Shown: positions 8,602-17,148, numbered from the stretch's first letter. The stretch: DNA of 31,100 nucleotides from Holosporales bacterium (GCA_031267545.1 JAIRYU010000034.1:1-31100); one strand, 5' to 3'. Made by a program: numbers and translations. Notes: a model not told the origin generated them from the sequence alone.

Positions 8602-9590
8602 GCGGAGTACCGGTTAGGTTAGCGATTAGAGATGCAATCGCAGAAGAGATGCGCAGGGATCAAGACGTCTTTCTTATGGGAGAGGAAGTCGGACGTTATA
8701 ACGGCGCGTATAAGGCTAGCCAAGGACTTATGGACGAATTTGGCGCTGGCAGAATAATTGATACCCCGATAACGGAATATGGATTCTCCGGGATATGCGT
8801 CGGAGCGGCGTTCGCAGGCCTCAGGCCAATTGTAGAATTTATGACATTCAACTTCGCAATGCAGGCTATCGACCACATTGTAAACTCAGCGGCAAAGACC
8901 CTGTACATGTCAGGCGGAGAAATCAATTGTCCGATCGTGTTTAGAGGGCCAAACGGCGCTCCCAGAAACGTAGCCGCTCAGCATTCTCAGTGTTTTGCGA
9001 GTTGGTATGCGCACTGTCCAGGTCTGAAGGTCGTATCGCCATATACGTCGTTCGAGGCCAGCGCGTTGTTGAAGGCCGCAATTCGGGATAATAATCCCGT
9101 CATATTTCTCGAGCACGAAAGCCTCTACGGGAAAAAATTCGATATGCCAGACGGGGGCGCTGACTCGTTACTGCCGCTTGATAAGGCAATCGTAATGAAG
9201 GAGGGAAGCGATATTACAATTACTGCGTTTTCTATATCGGTAGATCATGCCCTTTGCGCCTCTGAAGTCCTTCGCAACCAATACGGCATTTCTGCCGAAG
9301 TTATAAATCTGATAAGCCTGAGACCAATCGATAAAACTACGATTGTCAACTCGATCAAAAAAACGGGAAGGATACTAAGCGTAGAAGAAGGCTGGAGCGT
9401 ATGCGGAATAGGAGCGGAGATAATGGCGATCGCAGTTGAGCATGCGTTTGATTACCTCGACTGTGAACCGACGAGAATAACCTCTTCGGATACGCCTATG
9501 CCGTACGCAAAAACCCTGGAGCTACTGGCGCTGCCGAGCCAGTCAAAAATAATCGAAACAGCATTGGCGATGTGCAACTGCCCAAAATAA
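8598..9590 (+). CDS. pdhB: Pyruvate dehydrogenase E1 beta subunit (no N-terminal lipoyl domain)
   Basis: MGEEVGRYNGAYK, DTPITEYGF, VEFMTFNFAMQAIDHIVNSAAK, AAQHSQ; ATGA overlap with pdhA. Confidence 0.97.
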   Translation: MSGVPVRLAIRDAIAEEMRRDQDVFLMGEEVGRYNGAYKASQGLMDEFGAGRIIDTPITEYGFSGICVGAAFAGLRPIVEFMTFNFAMQAIDHIVNSAAKTLYMSGGEINCPIVFRGPNGAPRNVAAQHSQCFASWYAHCPGLKVVSPYTSFEASALLKAAIRDNNPVIFLEHESLYGKKFDMPDGGADSLLPLDKAIVMKEGSDITITAFSISVDHALCASEVLRNQYGISAEVINLISLRPIDKTTIVNSIKKTGRILSVEEGWSVCGIGAEIMAIAVEHAFDYLDCEPTRITSSDTPMPYAKTLELLALPSQSKIIETALAMCNCPK

Positions 9591-9645
9591 GAATTTGTCG
9601 CTCCCAACTTTCGCTGCGCAGTACGGTCTGCCCTAATTCTCTACA

Positions 9646-9674
9646 TTGTGTCTGCCAGCGCCCTATGATATCAT
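9646..9674 (+). promoter_or_regulatory. Putative sigma70 promoter for the Mic60-like gene
   Basis: TTGTGT-N17-TATCAT with an extended TG; the -10 lies within the palindrome ATGATATCAT. Confidence 0.4.
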
Positions 9675-9708
9675 CTTCTAAGTAGATGGGAAGGAAGTGT
9701 GTTGCCGT

Positions 9709-10680
9709 ATGTCGTTGGATAATAAGCAAAATGATAAGCGTGAAAATGGTCGGCGGCACGATGATACTTCCTCTCCAAATGATAGCGATTTCAGCGGGGG
9801 AGTTGATAGGAAGCTATTGACCAACTGCGTGCTGAGCGTCGCGGTTGCAATGGTAGTAACCTTCGTAACGATGAAGGTTGCCATGAACTATCATGACGAC
9901 AAGATACGAGAGCTTATTGAAAGTCATTCCGCTTTGGAGGATAAGGTAAGGGCCGTATCCGAAGCCACAACAGACGCGGCCTCGTCGCTCTCTGCAATTC
10001 AAGCCGAAATGAAGGCCGACAAAGAAACTGTAACGCAAGCGTGCGTAGCGATAAAATCTATACAGGATGAAATTAAGTCAGTAAAAGAGATGATGAGCGT
10101 TACGCATAATCATCCTCAAAATGTCCCTACTATCGAAGACTCGCCGAAGGAAAATCGCAAGAAAGCCCTACGGAAAAAAGAATTCCTCGAACAGCTTGAA
10201 CGCAATAAAAATGAAGGCTCTCCATTTGACAAGGACTTGAAAGCTCTGGCGCAACAATACGACATTACTAAATGCAAGAAGTCGTACGAAAGAGTATTGG
10301 AACTTTCAAAAAAGTCAGTAGAGACGAAGGTCGCTCTTGCTGAGAGATGCGAGAGAGTAGGAGCGGTTGTGTTCAAAATAGCAGGGATGGACGAGTCGTT
10401 TTGGGAGAAGCAGGGTAGACTAATCAGAGAGAAGATTGTAGGAGCAATTAACCTAGGGAAAGAAAATACGGAGGAGGACGATAAAACGCTCATCAGGAAA
10501 GCGCGCTATCAACTGACGGGCGATATTGCCGGCGCCCTCGCTACGCTTGAGAAGGTAAAAACTAAGCATGACGCAATCGCGACACTCACTGAGCGTACTA
10601 GGGAAAGGGCTCAGCTTGATGAAGCCTTTGCGATATTTAAAGAGGAGTTTATAGGCAAGCGCGACGACGGCAATTCATGA
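9709..10680 (+). CDS. Mic60/mitofilin-like (COG4223-type) membrane-anchored coiled-coil protein
   Basis: Single N-terminal TM, coiled coil, then GSPFDKDLKAL, ESFWEKQGRLIREK, DDKTLIRKARYQLTGDIAGALATL and ERTRERAQLDEAF, resembling the alphaproteobacterial mitofilin C-terminal signature. Start is ATG 9709 or GTG 9697. Confidence 0.72.
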   Translation: MSLDNKQNDKRENGRRHDDTSSPNDSDFSGGVDRKLLTNCVLSVAVAMVVTFVTMKVAMNYHDDKIRELIESHSALEDKVRAVSEATTDAASSLSAIQAEMKADKETVTQACVAIKSIQDEIKSVKEMMSVTHNHPQNVPTIEDSPKENRKKALRKKEFLEQLERNKNEGSPFDKDLKALAQQYDITKCKKSYERVLELSKKSVETKVALAERCERVGAVVFKIAGMDESFWEKQGRLIREKIVGAINLGKENTEEDDKTLIRKARYQLTGDIAGALATLEKVKTKHDAIATLTERTRERAQLDEAFAIFKEEFIGKRDDGNS

Positions 10681-10873
10681 TCGCTTCCTCGCATGGCGTC
10701 TATCAGAGCAATGGGCCGTCAAATCCTAAGGTTATCTCAACCCACCTGATCGCCATATACACTTCGCCACCAAAACACGACACAGCGCTGCCACTTTTAG
10801 CAAAAATCCCACCTGCTTGTCAAATGGCGCGAGTATAGAGGGCTCTACGGCCGCTCCCAAGCGCCTAGAAGCG

Positions 10874-11419
10874 TCACCGCGTTCTCATCCACACATTCGG
10901 CTGCGGCTGCGGCAGATTTTTTGCAGGTGAATAGTACGGCAAATTTCCTGGCGGCTGAACCGGAGCCTGCATTCGATTCTGTTGCGGTGGAGGAGGTCCG
11001 TAAAACTGGTTGGGCCCTTGCCATTGCGCCTGCGGTTGTCGCTCGTATTGACGCGAGTACGGCGAACCGTATTGTTGTACGGGACCATGAGACTGAACTT
11101 GTTGATTAAGCGACGTCGCGCGCCGGCTTACTGCCGATCCGGCTTGGTTAGTAAGACCTTGAACGGTAGTCTGCGCCTGATTACCTAAACTTCCTAGCGC
11201 TCCTTGCAGCGCGTCTTTGATGGCGCTAGTGGCGGCGCCGGTCGCTTTAGTAGCTCCGTCAGATAGGATTTTACCGACGCCCCCTGCGGCCCCGCTTATG
11301 CCGGCTCCTGCCGCATGCGCAAACACAAACTGCACAACCGCCAATATTACAACGGCGGCAGCTATCTCAGCCCTTTTACTTATTCCGGTCACATCACATC
11401 TCACTGCGCGCTCACGCAT
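10874..11419 (-). CDS. Hypothetical secreted low-complexity protein (Gly/Ala-rich middle, Gln/Pro/Tyr-rich C-terminus)
   Basis: Hydrophobic leader ending VQFVFAHA; GATKATGAATSAIKDALQG region; QQYGSPYSRQY...GPPPPQQ tail. Confidence 0.7.
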   Translation of the reverse strand: MRERAVRCDVTGISKRAEIAAAVVILAVVQFVFAHAAGAGISGAAGGVGKILSDGATKATGAATSAIKDALQGALGSLGNQAQTTVQGLTNQAGSAVSRRATSLNQQVQSHGPVQQYGSPYSRQYERQPQAQWQGPNQFYGPPPPQQNRMQAPVQPPGNLPYYSPAKNLPQPQPNVWMRTR

Positions 11420-11478
11420 TTAATAATACAGACAATGTATTAAAGTTTAGTTACTATGCCAAAGGCCAGTAGTTCTAC

Positions 11479-12894
11479 TCATGCTTCCTGCATCTTAAAC
11501 AACTTTGAATCAACAATATTGAGCGATCTAAGTTTCCTATGAAGAGCAGACCGCTCCATCCCAACAAACTTCGCTGTCTGCGATATGTTGCCAGAGAACT
11601 TTCGCAATTGATCTATAAAATACTCGCGTTCAAACGTCTCGCGGGCGTCTCTTATCGACAGTTCGGATACCATCGAAATAAATTTCATATTTGGAATGCC
11701 CGAGACGTCTTCCTCCATTATTTCTTTCGGAAGATCGTTAAGAGTTATCACGCCACGCGAGCTATCGCTTCCCGACAACGCGACAGTCATGACCCACTCG
11801 ATCATGCTCTTCATTTGCATCGTATCGCCGGGCCAGTGGTACGCGTTTAACACCCCCACAGCTTCGCTCGAAAATTTACGAGGCGCCACGTTATACGCCA
11901 TCGAGACCTGCTCCATAAAATAATTTAGCAAGTATGGAATGTCCTCCCGCCTTGATTTAAGAGGTAGAATTTTTACGGTATTGGCATTGAGCCTACAGTA
12001 CAGTTCGTCGCTCACCTCCCCTTCTTCGATAAGCTGCTGAATGTTTAGCGGGAAGCTCGCTATAATTCGTATATCAGCACTAATCCTCTCACTAGACCCG
12101 ATTCTGACGAAGGAATCTTCTTTTATCAGTTTGAGGAGCTTGAGTTGGAACGCATGCGGGGCAGTAACAATTTCGTCCACAAACAAGGTGCCCCCATTAA
12201 CCTTTTCCAGCAGACCAGGGTTTATAATTGTCGACGCCCCATCGTTAAGCTCTGTCCCAAAAAGGTTCGCCTCTAGCTGGTGGACGCTAGTTGATAGACA
12301 ATTGAAAGCCACGAACGGCCCTCTAGCGCGGCCGGAAAGATTGTGAATGTTTCTCGCCACAATTTCCCTATCGGATCCCCGCGGGCTGATAATTACGCAC
12401 CGTCCATTTAGCGGAGCGATCCGGCTTATTTGTTGCCTAATGTGCAGTACGTTTTGGGACTTGCCCGGTATGCTGTCCGAAACTTTCGCCTTAATTTTTA
12501 GCTCCGCGTTTTCCGCTTGGAGTTTAGAGGCTTCTATTGCTTTCTCAACAGACATGATCAGTCTTCTGGAATCAAATGGCTTCTCTATAAAATCGTATGC
12601 TCCGCGCCTTATTGCAGTGACTGCGGTCCCTATGGTTCCATGGCCGCTCATCATAATTACTGGGATATACCCATGATCCGCCTTAATTGCGTCAAGCAAT
12701 CTGATACCGTCTCTGTCCCCATCGCCAAGCCATACGTCTATTATCACAAGGCTTGGTCTTTTCGTTCTAATAGAGCAGATAGCGTCGACGTATCCGCTAG
12801 CTACGCTTGTCTCATACCCGTTATCGCAGAGTATGCCCGATACGAGTTCTCTAATATCGGCCTCGTCATCAACGACCAGAATATTAAACGCCAT
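11479..12894 (-). CDS. ntrX: NtrX-family response regulator (REC-AAA+-HTH)
   Basis: LVVDDE, phosphoacceptor IIDVWL, FIEKPF, GTLFVDEI, Fis-type HTH GNISQTAKFVGMERSALHRKL; directly downstream of ntrY. Confidence 0.93.
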   Translation of the reverse strand: MAFNILVVDDEADIRELVSGILCDNGYETSVASGYVDAICSIRTKRPSLVIIDVWLGDGDRDGIRLLDAIKADHGYIPVIMMSGHGTIGTAVTAIRRGAYDFIEKPFDSRRLIMSVEKAIEASKLQAENAELKIKAKVSDSIPGKSQNVLHIRQQISRIAPLNGRCVIISPRGSDREIVARNIHNLSGRARGPFVAFNCLSTSVHQLEANLFGTELNDGASTIINPGLLEKVNGGTLFVDEIVTAPHAFQLKLLKLIKEDSFVRIGSSERISADIRIIASFPLNIQQLIEEGEVSDELYCRLNANTVKILPLKSRREDIPYLLNYFMEQVSMAYNVAPRKFSSEAVGVLNAYHWPGDTMQMKSMIEWVMTVALSGSDSSRGVITLNDLPKEIMEEDVSGIPNMKFISMVSELSIRDARETFEREYFIDQLRKFSGNISQTAKFVGMERSALHRKLRSLNIVDSKLFKMQEA

Positions 12895-14722
12895 GATCCG
12901 CCTCGCTTATTTCAGGTTGTTTCTTGGGAAGCGAAATTGTAACGCTGGCTCCGGACAGAGTCTGAGATTTCCCGAGAACAATCTCGCCGAAATGATCTGT
13001 AACTACCTTATGAACGATCGACAATCCCAATCCGGTTCCATTAGCGCGTGTTGTGTAGTACGGATCCAGCGCTTTTCCCAATGCCGTATCCGAAAATCCA
13101 GGCCCGTCGTCTTCTACTGTAATTTGCGCAACGTCTCCAACTTCGCGCATACATACCGATATATTCCCAATATGTCCATCCGTTGCCCCGCCGACGTTCT
13201 CAGATACAGCATTCACAGCATTTTGCAACACGTTCATAACCATCCTATTCATTTGATCCTGATCTACCTCGCAAATCAACCGCTCATTATCATAGTCCTG
13301 ATTGAACCGTATTCCCATATTTGTGTTTGCATGCATAAAAACAATCTCCCTCAACAACTTCGTTAAATTAATCTTTTCAAACTTTGGAGTCGGCATTCTG
13401 GCGAAATCTGAGAATTCTTTCACCAATTTTCCGATGCAGTTAACCTGCCGCACTATTGTGCTGACGCACGATTCAAATATCTCCGGTTGAGTAACGATCT
13501 CTTTTTCGTACTTGCTCTTGAGTCGCTCCGCAGACAGCTGTATAGGAGTAAGCGGATTTTTGATTTCATGCGCTATCTTACGAGCTATATCGCGCCACGC
13601 GCTATGTCTGTTCGAGACAATTAACTGCCTCTTTTGCCGCTCTAATCTCGTCATCATATCGTTAAACGCAGCTATTAACATGTCCCACTCGTTCCTAAAC
13701 GCGTTGGCGCGGATGGGAGTATTGTAGTCTCCGGCGGCAACGTTCTTTGTCGCTATTATCAATTTGTTAATCGGTTTCAGAATACGGTTTGCAAACGATA
13801 CTCCCAACAGTATCGCAATCAGCAACAGAAATATTGTTGTAACTGCGAAAACCACCACAAATGAAATTTTTATTCCTGCTCTTTGAGTTGCGAGACTCGT
13901 GTATTCCATGATCGCAGCCTTTATTTTATGTTTGTGCTCAAGAATCGTCTTGTCTATAGGAATAGCCGCGATAAGATAAATTCCGAGGACGCGATTTATT
14001 ACGGAGCAAGCTATTACGCGATCTCCGGATTCCCATGTAATCACCCCTCCTCCATCCAGTAACTCAATCTCTCCTGGAAGGTCTTCGTATTGCAGCGAAA
14101 TCGAAAACGGTGTGTTTGCGACAATATTGATATCTCCTACTCCTGCGCTCCGCAGTACGGCAACATCTACTTTAAGGTTCGACGTCTCGGCATTTATGAT
14201 GTCCTGCGCCTTTGTTGTGTTGATTGATAATCCATTTACACATGAGCGTATTTCCTCTGACAAGCCATTCGCAAAATTCTCCAAGTTAAGCTTAACATCG
14301 TCCACATAAATGGACGCTACGCTCTTTGCGTTAATAATCACGTTTCTCACGGGGCTCTTAAACAGGTTTTCGATTCCGATATTGAAAAACAAGATTGCGA
14401 AAACGAACACGCAAATTGCTGGAATTACAGTGACGCATGAGAATAACATAATAACTTGTCTGTGGAATAATTTCTTCCTGTTCTCCTTATTTCTAAAGTT
14501 AACAATCTTTCTGATACGTTTAACAAAGATGCGACACAGCAGAGCAAGAAGCGCCGCATTGACGCATAGCGAAACGATAATCAGGCCGGGATTCAGCGGA
14601 ATCTCTTTTCTGAAATTTATGAAAAGCCACGTGGCGGCAAATGATGCGGCAGTACAGCCCATCAAACTATACGTTACGTATCTTCGCTTTAGCAACTTGG
14701 CCAACGCCCTCATCAGCTTCAA
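12884..14722 (-). CDS. ntrY: NtrY-family sensor histidine kinase
   Basis: Three TM segments, HAMP, H-box WRDIARKIAHEIKNPLTPIQLSAERL, N box NVLQNA, DDGPG, PYYTTRANGTGLGL. Start is TTG 14722 or ATG 14713. Confidence 0.93.
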   Translation of the reverse strand: MKLMRALAKLLKRRYVTYSLMGCTAASFAATWLFINFRKEIPLNPGLIIVSLCVNAALLALLCRIFVKRIRKIVNFRNKENRKKLFHRQVIMLFSCVTVIPAICVFVFAILFFNIGIENLFKSPVRNVIINAKSVASIYVDDVKLNLENFANGLSEEIRSCVNGLSINTTKAQDIINAETSNLKVDVAVLRSAGVGDINIVANTPFSISLQYEDLPGEIELLDGGGVITWESGDRVIACSVINRVLGIYLIAAIPIDKTILEHKHKIKAAIMEYTSLATQRAGIKISFVVVFAVTTIFLLLIAILLGVSFANRILKPINKLIIATKNVAAGDYNTPIRANAFRNEWDMLIAAFNDMMTRLERQKRQLIVSNRHSAWRDIARKIAHEIKNPLTPIQLSAERLKSKYEKEIVTQPEIFESCVSTIVRQVNCIGKLVKEFSDFARMPTPKFEKINLTKLLREIVFMHANTNMGIRFNQDYDNERLICEVDQDQMNRMVMNVLQNAVNAVSENVGGATDGHIGNISVCMREVGDVAQITVEDDGPGFSDTALGKALDPYYTTRANGTGLGLSIVHKVVTDHFGEIVLGKSQTLSGASVTISLPKKQPEISEADHGV

Positions 14723-14751
14723 GAATTTACATATAAATTCGCGCCTCGTCG

Positions 14752-14757
14752 ATTATA
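14752..14757 (-). promoter_or_regulatory. Possible -10 element for ntrYX overlapping the portal stop codon
   Basis: Perfect TATAAT 29 nt upstream of the ntrY TTG; no matching -35. Confidence 0.35.
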
Positions 14758-16015
14758 GCGCATTAGTTATGCTCCCGACTTCGTCTCGATGTTCTTCCTT
14801 GCATACGCCGCAACCCGAAGGCTCTGACGCGGCGTTTGCAAAAGTATCGGGAGGCATAGGTAACGGACCGTAGCCTAGCTCCTCCCTCTTTTCGTTAGTC
14901 GTTAAGAATTCTGCATTGTTGATCTTCTTCCATTCGGACTCGCGTCGCTTAGAGAGAGCTGGAATTGAGTCGAGGTCGTACCACAAACGATACTCTGTTT
15001 TAAATACGCCGCGGAGCCAATTGGAAAATTCACCGGCTATTATGTTAAGAAGCGGAATGATGGTCTCTTCCCAAAAATTGTATCTTGCTTCCTTGTAATT
15101 TGCGAAGGTTGCGGATGACATGCACCCAATCAAGATGCTGGGAATTCCAAATGCAAGCGCAATTTCCTTCGCCGCCAGCTCCTTGCCTGATATGAAATCG
15201 AGATCCTTTGGAGATAACCCCATTTCACGCCATTCGAAATTACCCTCCAACAGTAATATCTTCCCGGCGTTACGCCCCCCTTCATACAATGTTCTGAGAT
15301 TTTCCTTCAGTTCGTTTCGCTTTTGTGGATCGATTGATGATTTATACATCAGCGCTCCGGACGGACGTCCCCCATTCTGAAGAAACGACGTGTTCTGCTG
15401 GGCTATCGCATTATGCTGGTTAATGGAGCCGACCGCGACTTCCACGGGACTCATACCATACCAGTCATCAAGCGGATTAAACAATTTTATGTGCAATAAA
15501 TTGCTGCGCCCGGTTTCTTGATCAACGTCGTAAAGGGTACATTTCCCTCCGACCGAATATTCGTAACCAAGCGGAACCGAACTTGTCCCCGGAATGACGC
15601 GCACCCTATCTGGTCGTAGAAGGTGTAATTCTCGCGGAGTTCCTTTATCATCTCTTACTACGGTAACGTAACTGTTTCCGGAAAGAAGGAGATGCGACAC
15701 AGCCTCCTCCATAAACGTGGTTTTATACTGTTTGGAGTTCGGTTTATTTATGAGATCCAGTATGTCGTGATTGTACAAAACTTCGTACACCTCATTGTCG
15801 TCTCCGGTTCTCTGCAGAACCCAATCGACCGACGCGATGGCGCGGGAAATAAGCTGAACGCACCTATATACTATGACGTTCTTTTTGTACCCGATTTCAG
15901 AGAGATCATCGTAGTTTGTAGATGAATTCACTCCGGCGGTTCTATACGAAACAAGGGTAGATCTTGAATTACCGACCTTCCCATATACGTAATTTTTAAA
16001 TAATTTTGAAAACAT
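14753..16015 (-). CDS. HK97-family phage portal protein, RcGTA-portal-like, orphan
   Basis: VYRCVQLIS, LHLLRPDRV, FNPLDDWYGMSP, NGGRPSGAL, LLLEGNFEWREMGLSPKDLDF, KEIALAFGIP, ATFANYKEA, LTTNEKREELG; no other phage genes in the window. Confidence 0.92.
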   Translation of the reverse strand: MFSKLFKNYVYGKVGNSRSTLVSYRTAGVNSSTNYDDLSEIGYKKNVIVYRCVQLISRAIASVDWVLQRTGDDNEVYEVLYNHDILDLINKPNSKQYKTTFMEEAVSHLLLSGNSYVTVVRDDKGTPRELHLLRPDRVRVIPGTSSVPLGYEYSVGGKCTLYDVDQETGRSNLLHIKLFNPLDDWYGMSPVEVAVGSINQHNAIAQQNTSFLQNGGRPSGALMYKSSIDPQKRNELKENLRTLYEGGRNAGKILLLEGNFEWREMGLSPKDLDFISGKELAAKEIALAFGIPSILIGCMSSATFANYKEARYNFWEETIIPLLNIIAGEFSNWLRGVFKTEYRLWYDLDSIPALSKRRESEWKKINNAEFLTTNEKREELGYGPLPMPPDTFANAASEPSGCGVCKEEHRDEVGSITNAL

Positions 16016-16187
16016 GATTTTTCCTTTCTATAAAAATAAATGGTTATACATTGGTTTACTGGCCCGAATCTAAAAAAGGCTACCGTAAACTTGGGCTTAT
16101 TGCTAACGCAGTTAACTCTTTCTCAATACTTTCTCGCTACGATATATATGAAGCGCACATAGCTACATTGAAGAATACGAGGCAAGT

Positions 16188-17018
16188 ATGAAAATGCTAA
16201 TGTTAATTGCAATGGCTGGAATAATTACGCCATCGGCGTATTGCTGCGAGGACGAAGATAGCGGCCTCCTCATAGCCGGATCAAAGGCTTTACATGGGGC
16301 AGATTATACCGATGAAGAGGATAGCTCCACAGATATCATCCCTGAACCTAGGCATACTACGGACGCCACAGACGCGATAGCCGAGCGCGGCATATTTAGC
16401 ATGATAATCAGCCAATCTAAAAGCAGAGTAAAGAAAGCCGCAGTAAAATGTAATCTCGAAGCAAGGGCTAGCGAACTACTGGAGTGGGTAAGGTGCCCGC
16501 CGCAACTTGTGGGCGTGATGAGAGCCATAATGCTGTATAAGAACCCGAGATACAGGTGCATAGAAGATGAACTCACACATCAAAGCGGGTGGTTTAGGCA
16601 TGGTACAGAGGGCGTGTTTCGCGACGCCGCACATGCGCTCAGGCTGGAGAGCGAATACGAAGGCGGGAAAATGACGGAAGACATCATCGTTAGCAAGGGG
16701 AAAGTCTGGTATCAAAATACGGACGAACTCGAAATAGGACGCATACTAACTCAAGACCAGGCTGAGACTGCGATACGCGGCATAGACGCTGGAGCAGTAA
16801 CGAAGGCGGAGTTACTGGCAATAAATCCTAAAACCTACACACTCGCGCAGAAAAGGATAACGGTGAACCTATACAACATGATAACTCCGGGAGCAATATC
16901 CACAAAAGGAGTCAGCGCGACTGTCAAAAAGTGCGTAAAAAACTGGTACCTCCACACCTGGCACTTTACGCCTGCGTTGGTATTTGTCTTCAACCCAGAC
17001 GTCTATGTCCCGAGGTAA
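16188..17018 (+). CDS. Hypothetical secreted protein
   Basis: 276-aa ORF with signal-like leader MKMLMLIAMAGIITPSAYC, an acidic disordered N-terminus, then a globular-looking region; no recognised domain. Confidence 0.75.
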   Translation: MKMLMLIAMAGIITPSAYCCEDEDSGLLIAGSKALHGADYTDEEDSSTDIIPEPRHTTDATDAIAERGIFSMIISQSKSRVKKAAVKCNLEARASELLEWVRCPPQLVGVMRAIMLYKNPRYRCIEDELTHQSGWFRHGTEGVFRDAAHALRLESEYEGGKMTEDIIVSKGKVWYQNTDELEIGRILTQDQAETAIRGIDAGAVTKAELLAINPKTYTLAQKRITVNLYNMITPGAISTKGVSATVKKCVKNWYLHTWHFTPALVFVFNPDVYVPR

Positions 17019-17148
17019 CGCCGTATGTTGCAACTTGCGGCTGCCATCGCAACCCGCCCTAAAACTGTGCCACACCAAGATCCGAGCTGTCAAAATATTT
17101 TTACGCCCATAGGTTGATTTTGCTTTTCCGGTAAATGCCGGGTTCGTA

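Noticed and set aside
10695-10772. tRNA-sized segment starting GGCG and ending CGCCACCA
   Set aside because: Only 4 acceptor base pairs; no TTCRA T-loop, D-arm or anticodon stem.
14753-17018. Prophage or integrated mobile element around the portal gene
   Set aside because: No integrase, terminase, capsid or att-like repeats, and housekeeping genes flank it closely.
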